A DNA stretch of 52,952 nt from Candidatus Fervidifonticultor secundus (GTDB lineage: Bacteria; Sysuimicrobiota; Sysuimicrobiia; Sysuimicrobiales; Humicultoraceae): positions 1-52,952 of the forward strand of contig JAVKIP010000020.1 of NCBI GenBank assembly GCA_031459385.1, in the 5' to 3' direction. Position numbers and translations under genes: made by a program. Below, piece after piece: positions 47,613 to 52,952 of this stretch; the stretch's first letter is position 1; each line of letters opens with the position of its first letter. Below the pieces are notes generated by a model. That model saw only the letters and a list, made by a program, of their open reading frames with translations. It was not told where the DNA came from and did not search any database.

Positions 47613-48878
47613 CTAGCCGCGTACCGCACGCACCAGCACGTCGTGCCGGCGCACCGCCACGGTCGCGATCAGCATCCCCAGCGTGAGGACCGCGGCGCTG
47701 GCCACGAACGGCGCCTGCGGCCCGGCCGCGTCCCACAGCAGGCCGCCGAGCAACGGCCCCACCACCAGGCCCAGCGCCTGCACCGTCTCCGACGCCCCGA
47801 CGGCCAGCCCCAGACGATCCGGCGGTGCCAGCTCGCTGATAAGCGCCAGCCACGCCGGCGCCGAGGCCGCGTAGCTCATGCCCAGCAGCACGCCGGCGGC
47901 CGATAGCTCCCACAGCTGCGTCGCGAACGGGACCACCCACATGCCCGCGGCCCCCAGCAGCATGCCCACCAGGACCATGCGCGGTTTGCCCAGGCGGTCG
48001 GCCGCGCGGCCCGCGGGCACCGTGGCTACCGCCACCGCCAGCACCAGCACGAGGAAGACGACGCCGATGGCATGCTCGCTCAGCCCGACCACCCGCCTGG
48101 CGTAGATCGCCGCGATGGGGACCAGCAGGCCGGCACCCAGCATCTGCACGAATGCGACCAGGTACAGCGCGGCCAGCAGCGGATCCACGCGGTTGGCTGC
48201 GATCAGGCGCTGCAGTTCGCCCGGGCGCACCGGCGAGTGGTAGCCGTTCCAGCGCGCGGGCGGCGTCCCGGGCCGCTCTGCCGGGAACATCCACGCGGCC
48301 AAGCCGGCCGCGGTCAGGAGCAGTAGGCTCGCCAGCACGAACCCCGCGCGCACGTCGCCGCTCAGGCCGGCCACGAACAGCCCCGCCGAGGGCCCGAGCG
48401 CGAGGCCCGTGAGGACGCAGAGGTTCAGGGCGGCCATGCCGGTGGCGCGGTGCCGGGGCGGCGTCGCATCGGCGATGGCCGCGGCTGCGGCCGGCCACAG
48501 GGCGGCTGAGCCCAGGCCGTCGACCAGGCGCAGCGGCACGAACAGCACGGGCACCCGCAGCACGACCATGACCGCCGGCGCCAGGCTGCTCAGCACCAAC
48601 CCGCTGACCATGACCGGCTTGCGGCCGAGCCGGTCGGTCAGCCCGCCCCACGCGGTCTTGAACACGGTCTCGACCAGCGCAAACGTCGCGACGATCACGC
48701 CGACCAGCTTCACCGAGGCGCCCAGGTGCTCGGTGAGGTACAGCGGCAGCAGCGGCAGGACCGCGGCGAACCCGAACTGCGCGAGCCCCAGCACCGTTCC
48801 CACGCGCCAGACCGCGGGTGCAAGCGTCTGCCGCGCGCCAGGAGCCGGCGCCGGCGGCCCCGCCCGGGGGACCTTCAC
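47613..48878 (-). CDS. MFS transporter (DHA1-like)
   Basis: Motif A twice (GGLTDRLGRK; GRAADRLGK), about 12 TM segments, GPLLGG. Confidence 0.92.
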   Translation of the reverse strand: MKVPRAGPPAPAPGARQTLAPAVWRVGTVLGLAQFGFAAVLPLLPLYLTEHLGASVKLVGVIVATFALVETVFKTAWGGLTDRLGRKPVMVSGLVLSSLAPAVMVVLRVPVLFVPLRLVDGLGSAALWPAAAAAIADATPPRHRATGMAALNLCVLTGLALGPSAGLFVAGLSGDVRAGFVLASLLLLTAAGLAAWMFPAERPGTPPARWNGYHSPVRPGELQRLIAANRVDPLLAALYLVAFVQMLGAGLLVPIAAIYARRVVGLSEHAIGVVFLVLVLAVAVATVPAGRAADRLGKPRMVLVGMLLGAAGMWVVPFATQLWELSAAGVLLGMSYAASAPAWLALISELAPPDRLGLAVGASETVQALGLVVGPLLGGLLWDAAGPQAPFVASAAVLTLGMLIATVAVRRHDVLVRAVRG

Positions 48879-49612
48879 CCGGCGCGCGCCCGCGCCGCGG
48901 CGGCGTCAGCGGCCCGGCGCTCCTCCGCATCCGAAAGCGAGGCGAGCGTGACCGGGCCGTAGCGGCGCTCCAGCGCCTGCGCCAGGAGCAGGTCCGCGAG
49001 CCAGGGGTTCTTGGGGAGCAGCGGGCCGTGCAGATACGTCCCGTACACGCGGCGCCACACCGCCCCCTCGGTGCGGTCGGTCCCGTTGTTGCCGAAGCCC
49101 GTGAGCACCTCGCCCAGCGGCCGGACCTGCGGGCCCAGGTGCGTGCGCCCGCCGTGGTTCTCGAACCCCACGAGCTGCACGCCGCTGGTGCGCTCGCGGA
49201 TCACGATGTTGCCGATCAATCGCCGCGCACCGGCGCCGGGGTGCACCGTGTGCAGGTCCAGCATCCCCAGGCCCTCGAGGTCGGGCCCCTCGGCGGGCCG
49301 GTAGAAGTGTCCCAGCAACTGGTAGCCACCGCAGACGGCCAGCACCACCGCACCGTCGGCCGCGGCAGCGCGCAGGGCCTGGCCCTTCACCTCCCGCAGG
49401 TCGGGCGCGGCCAGGCGCTGCTGCCGGTCCTCGCCGCCGCCGATGAAGAAGAGGTCGCTCCCCTCTGGATCGATCGCGTCTCCCAGCCGCGCCTCCTCCA
49501 CGCGGACCGCGATCCCGCGCCACCGCGCCCGCTGCACCAGCGTCGCGATGTTGCCGCGGTCCCCGTAGAGGTTGAGCAGGTCGGGATACAGGTGGCAGAG
49601 GCGCAGTTCCAT
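48875..49612 (-). CDS. gatD: Lipid II isoglutaminyl synthase glutaminase subunit GatD (CobQ-like)
   Basis: LYPDLLNLYGDRGN, GGGED, VCGGYQLLG, GFENHGG, GTYLHGPLLPKNP. Confidence 0.92.
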   Translation of the reverse strand: MELRLCHLYPDLLNLYGDRGNIATLVQRARWRGIAVRVEEARLGDAIDPEGSDLFFIGGGEDRQQRLAAPDLREVKGQALRAAAADGAVVLAVCGGYQLLGHFYRPAEGPDLEGLGMLDLHTVHPGAGARRLIGNIVIRERTSGVQLVGFENHGGRTHLGPQVRPLGEVLTGFGNNGTDRTEGAVWRRVYGTYLHGPLLPKNPWLADLLLAQALERRYGPVTLASLSDAEERRAADAAAARARAG

Positions 49613-49620
49613 AACCGCCG

Positions 49621-51075
49621 TCACTGGTTCCAGAAGCCGCGCACAAATCCCTGGCGGGCCAGCAACCCGCGCAGCTGCAGCATGGCGGTGTAGGTCGGCA
49701 GGATGTACAGCCGCCGGCCGGCGGGCACCCGGCGCAGGGCGGCCGCCAGCGCCTGGGCGCCATCGCGCTCCAGCGTGATGCACGCCGACGGCACGCCCGC
49801 ATACTTCAGGCGCAGAGCCATCTCCTCGCCGCGCAGGCCCGTGACCACCGCGGCGCGCACCCGGTCGCGCAGCAGCTCGAAGTCCACGTCCCACAGCCAC
49901 GAGATGTCCCGCCCGTCGGCGATCAGGTCGTTGATGGCGATGAGCACCACCGGCTCGTCGTCGGCCAGCAGCACGGTCCGCAGGACCTCGTTGAAGCCGG
50001 CCGGGTTCTTGGCCAGCAGCATCACCGCCTCGCGGCCCTCGAGCACGACGCGCTCGCCGCGGCCGAACGCCGGTGCGGTCTCACCGAGCCCGCGGGCCAC
50101 CGCTGGCGCGTCGATGCCCAGCGCGAGCCCGGCCGCGGCGGCGGCCGTGGCGTCGTAGACGTTGTAGAGCCCCGGCAGCCGCGTGCGCACCGCCAGCCGC
50201 AGCGCGGAGGCCGCCGCGGTGCCCGGCCTGCTCGCCGCAGTCACCGCCCCCGCCACCGCCGATCCCCCCGGCACCTCGACCACGAACTCGGCGCCGTCGA
50301 CGCCGTTGAGGCGCACGGAGACGACGCGGACGTCGGCCGGGGGGCGCGTCGTGCCACACTGCGGGCAGGCATAGTGCCCCATGTGCCCCAGGGCGATCAG
50401 GGTGTAGACGTACGACCGGCCGCAGGTGTAGCAGTATCGCGAGTCCGCAGCATGCTCGGGCGCCTGGCGCGGTGGGAGGTTGTCGGGGACCGTCTCCAGC
50501 CCGAACGCCACCCGCCGGCCGGTGTGCGCCTGCGCCACCTCGGCGACCAGCGGATCGTCGGCGTTGTAGACGACGGCGGCACCGGCCGGCAGGTGCGCCA
50601 GCGCGCGCCGCCAGCGGTCGGCGAGCAGGTCGATCTCCCCATAGCGATCGAGCTGGTCGCGGAACAGGTTGAGCAGGACGACCAGGCGGGGCCCGGTGGC
50701 CGCGACCGCCGCGGGCACCGTCGCCTCGTCGACCTCGAAGAGCCCCAGTTCGCCCCGCACCCGCCCGCCCGCCGTACTGCGCGCGACCAGTGCTGCCGCG
50801 ATACCCGAGAGCAGGTTGGCACCCGCCCGGTTGTGAATGACGGCCAGTCCCGCCGCCTCGGCGATGCCGCCCAGCAGGCGCGCCGTCGTCGTCTTGCCGT
50901 TGGTGCCCGAGATCAGCACGACGCCGCGGGCCAGCTGGCGCGCGAGCGCCGGCACCAGGTCCGGGGCCAGCGCCAGCGCCAGCCGGCCGGGCAGCGTGGT
51001 CCCCCCGCCGAGCCGCAGCGCGCGGCTGCCGGCGGCAGCCGCGCGGGCCACCAGCAGAGCGACAACGGTGCGCAT
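49621..51075 (-). CDS. murT: Lipid II isoglutaminyl synthase ligase subunit MurT (Mur ligase plus DUF1727)
   Basis: GGTTLPG, GTNGKTTT, FEVDEA, NLFRDQLDRYGE, CxxC..CxxC, KNPAG, DGRDISWLWDVDFE, PTYTAM. Confidence 0.93.
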   Translation of the reverse strand: MRTVVALLVARAAAAGSRALRLGGGTTLPGRLALALAPDLVPALARQLARGVVLISGTNGKTTTARLLGGIAEAAGLAVIHNRAGANLLSGIAAALVARSTAGGRVRGELGLFEVDEATVPAAVAATGPRLVVLLNLFRDQLDRYGEIDLLADRWRRALAHLPAGAAVVYNADDPLVAEVAQAHTGRRVAFGLETVPDNLPPRQAPEHAADSRYCYTCGRSYVYTLIALGHMGHYACPQCGTTRPPADVRVVSVRLNGVDGAEFVVEVPGGSAVAGAVTAASRPGTAAASALRLAVRTRLPGLYNVYDATAAAAAGLALGIDAPAVARGLGETAPAFGRGERVVLEGREAVMLLAKNPAGFNEVLRTVLLADDEPVVLIAINDLIADGRDISWLWDVDFELLRDRVRAAVVTGLRGEEMALRLKYAGVPSACITLERDGAQALAAALRRVPAGRRLYILPTYTAMLQLRGLLARQGFVRGFWNQ

Positions 51076-51087
51076 CTTCTTCCCGCA

Positions 51088-52059
51088 TTATAGCGGCAGG
51101 CAACAGCCGGCCCCGGCCCCGGAGGACGGTACGGCCCGGCGGCTAGTGTGCGGCTGCGGGGGCCCCCCCGGCACCATCTCGCGCAGGCGACGGATGCGGT
51201 CTTCCACGGGCGGGTGCGTGCGGAACAGTCGGTTCACGCGTCCGCCCCAGGCATCGAGGGGGTTGACGATGTAGAGGTGCGCCGTGGCGGTGCTGGCGAC
51301 CTCCAGCGGTTCACGATCCGCCGCGATCTTCTCCAGGGCGCTGGCCAGACCCTCGGGGTACCGGGTGAGCATCGCCGCGGACGCATCCGCCAGGAACTCC
51401 CGCTGCCGCGAGATCGCCAGACGCAGGAGCTGGGCGGCGAGCGGCGCGAGCGCAGCCAGCAGCAGGCCGACCACCGCCAGCGCCCCGCCGGCGCCCGCAG
51501 TGCGCTGGCGCCGGCGCCCAGGACTCCCCCAGCGCACACCGCGCAGCAGCCAGTCGGCGAGGAGCGCCACCGTTCCCACCAGGACGGCGGCCACGGTCAT
51601 CAGCCGGGTGTCGTACTGCTGGATGTGGGCCATCTCGTGCGCCAGCACGCCTTCCAGCTCCAAACGATTCAGCTTCTCGAGCAGGCCGGCGGTGACCACG
51701 ATGACGGCGTGGTGAGGATCCCGGCCGGTGGCGAAAGCGTTGGGCGCACTGTCATCGATCAGATAGATGCGGGGCGAGGGAAGGCCGGCGGCGATCGCCA
51801 GGCCCTCAACGGCGTTGTACAGGTAGGGGTACTGCTGGCGAGGTGCCGGCCGCGCGCGGCTGGCCGCCAGCACCAGGCGGTCGCTGTGGTAGTAGCTGCC
51901 CCAGGCGTCGGCCACGGCCAGCGCCGCTGCCACTACCAGCCCGACCGGCCCTGCCTGCGTCAGCTCGCTGAAGATATAGCCCAGCGCGAGCACCAGCACC
52001 GCGAAGCCGGCCAGCAGGGCCCGGCTCCAGCGCAGGTTGCGCGCGATCGCCTCGTACAC
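51088..52059 (-). CDS. htpX: M48 zinc metalloprotease HtpX
   Basis: PNAFATG, VLAHEMAH, AISRQREFLAD, LASALEKI, THPP. Confidence 0.92.
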   Translation of the reverse strand: MYEAIARNLRWSRALLAGFAVLVLALGYIFSELTQAGPVGLVVAAALAVADAWGSYYHSDRLVLAASRARPAPRQQYPYLYNAVEGLAIAAGLPSPRIYLIDDSAPNAFATGRDPHHAVIVVTAGLLEKLNRLELEGVLAHEMAHIQQYDTRLMTVAAVLVGTVALLADWLLRGVRWGSPGRRRQRTAGAGGALAVVGLLLAALAPLAAQLLRLAISRQREFLADASAAMLTRYPEGLASALEKIAADREPLEVASTATAHLYIVNPLDAWGGRVNRLFRTHPPVEDRIRRLREMVPGGPPQPHTSRRAVPSSGAGAGCCLPL

Positions 52060-52115
52060 GACGGGCGCGCCCTACTAGCTAGCAGGATGCTGAAAAACGT
52101 TCTATATCTTGTGGC

Positions 52116-52144
52116 TTCACAAGATGCCGCCAACTGCGTATAGT
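52116..52144 (+). promoter_or_regulatory. Transposase promoter
   Basis: TTCACA-N17-TATAGT; the -35 overlaps an ATCTTGTG/CACAAGAT inverted repeat. Confidence 0.65.
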
Positions 52145-52193
52145 CTCGTCGAGCTCAGGCATGCAGATCACCCTTTCGACGGAGTGACGGACG

Positions 52194-52952
52194 ATGCGTG
52201 GAGACGACCTGCGGCAGGACATCCTGTTCAGCTACCTCTCGCCCGAGGCCCGGGTACCCCAGAATCATCCCCTGCGCCCCATCCGCCAGCTGGTGGATCG
52301 CATCCTGGCGGCACTGTCGCCGGCGTTTGCCCGGCTCTATGCCCGGACCGGACGGCCGTCGGTGCCGCCCGAGCAGCTGCTGCGCGCCTTGCTGCTGCAG
52401 GTGCTCTACACCATCCGCAGCGAGCGGCTGCTGATCGAGCAGCTGGACTACAACTTGCTGTTTCGCTGGTTCGTGGGGCTGAGCCTGGACGATCCGGTCT
52501 GGGACGCCACCACCTTCACCAAGAACCGCCAGCGACTGCTGGATGGGGAGATCGCCCAGCGGTTCTTCGAGCAGGTCCGGGCGGAGGCCGCCGCGCGAGG
52601 GCTGCTGTCGGACGAGCACTTCACGGTGGACAGCACGTTGCTGGAGGCCTGGGCCAGCCTGAAGAGCTTCCGGCGCCGGGATCAGGACCGCCCCTCCCCG
52701 CCGGACGACCCGGGCAACCCCACGGTGGACTTCCGTGGGGAACGGTGCAGCAACGCTACCCATGCCTCGACCACGGCCCCCGAGGCCCGTCTGGCGCGGC
52801 GGGGCGACGGGCGAGAAGCACACCTGGCCTACCAGGGCCACGTGCTGATGGAGAACCGCCATGGCCTGGTGGTAGCGGCATGCGTCACCGCAGCCACGGG
52901 CACCGCGGAGCGGGAGGCGGCCGTGGCGCTGGTCCAGCCGGTGGCGGGCCGA
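52194..52952 (+). CDS. IS5-family DDE transposase (3' end outside the window; absent from the ORF track)
   Basis: Hand translation: MRGDDLRQDILFSYLSPEARVPQNHPLRPIR...GRPSVPPEQLLRALLLQVLYTIRSERLLIEQLDYNLLFRWFVGL...HFTVDSTLLEAWAS. Confidence 0.93.
   Translation, partial: MRGDDLRQDILFSYLSPEARVPQNHPLRPIRQLVDRILAALSPAFARLYARTGRPSVPPEQLLRALLLQVLYTIRSERLLIEQLDYNLLFRWFVGLSLDDPVWDATTFTKNRQRLLDGEIAQRFFEQVRAEAAARGLLSDEHFTVDSTLLEAWASLKSFRRRDQDRPSPPDDPGNPTVDFRGERCSNATHASTTAPEARLARRGDGREAHLAYQGHVLMENRHGLVVAACVTAATGTAEREAAVALVQPVAGR

Larger units (their letters stand above)
52083..52952 (+). mobile_element. IS5-family insertion sequence, left part (runs off the window)
   Basis: CAGGATGCTGAAAAA end-like sequence preceded by CTAG; transposase ORF follows; the right end is not visible. 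Confidence 0.85.

Noticed and set aside
52106..52125. Rex box-like TTGTG...CACAA
   Set aside because: Spacing is shorter than the 18-bp Rex operator and the site lies inside an IS end
52155..52862. 235-aa minus-strand ORF in the IS
   Set aside because: Antisense to the real transposase, which the track missed because it has no stop inside the window

Overview
Very GC-rich, densely coding bacterial window; I cannot assign the taxon from sequence alone. Left to right: (1) two tandem hypB paralogues and a complete hoxEFUYH-hoxW group 3d bidirectional NAD-linked [NiFe]-hydrogenase operon, followed on the same strand by an AcuA-like acetyltransferase, an AcuB-like CBS-ACT protein, a USP, a CBS-BON protein and a four-subunit 2-oxoacid:ferredoxin oxidoreductase. 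(2) A small orphan ORF, aconitase, an NRAMP transporter and a tandem USP. (3) A minus-strand operon: Cys-motif GAF kinase (AirS/YhcY-like), NarL-family regulator, small HExxH protein and His-containing membrane protein. (4) A GntR-associated carboxylate catabolic cluster (PdxA-like, NitT/TauT ABC, MBL, MmgE/PrpD, tartrate-DH-like, M29/NicX-like, TctCBA, SDR, DASS). (5) tRNA-Glu(CTC). (6) A methyltransferase, a GT2-TM-PIG-L fusion and an EamA transporter. (7) A Liv-type ABC transporter with an atypical M20 protein, an amidohydrolase and an LLM oxidoreductase. (8) MFS, gatD-murT, htpX and the left part of an IS5-family element. No CRISPR array or rRNA was seen. The best candidates for undescribed biology are the hydrogenase-AcuAB-USP/CBS-OFOR hypoxia module with its nearby Fe-S sensor/HExxH operon, and the GT2-PIG-L fusion operon. 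All product calls come from motif recognition, not database searches.
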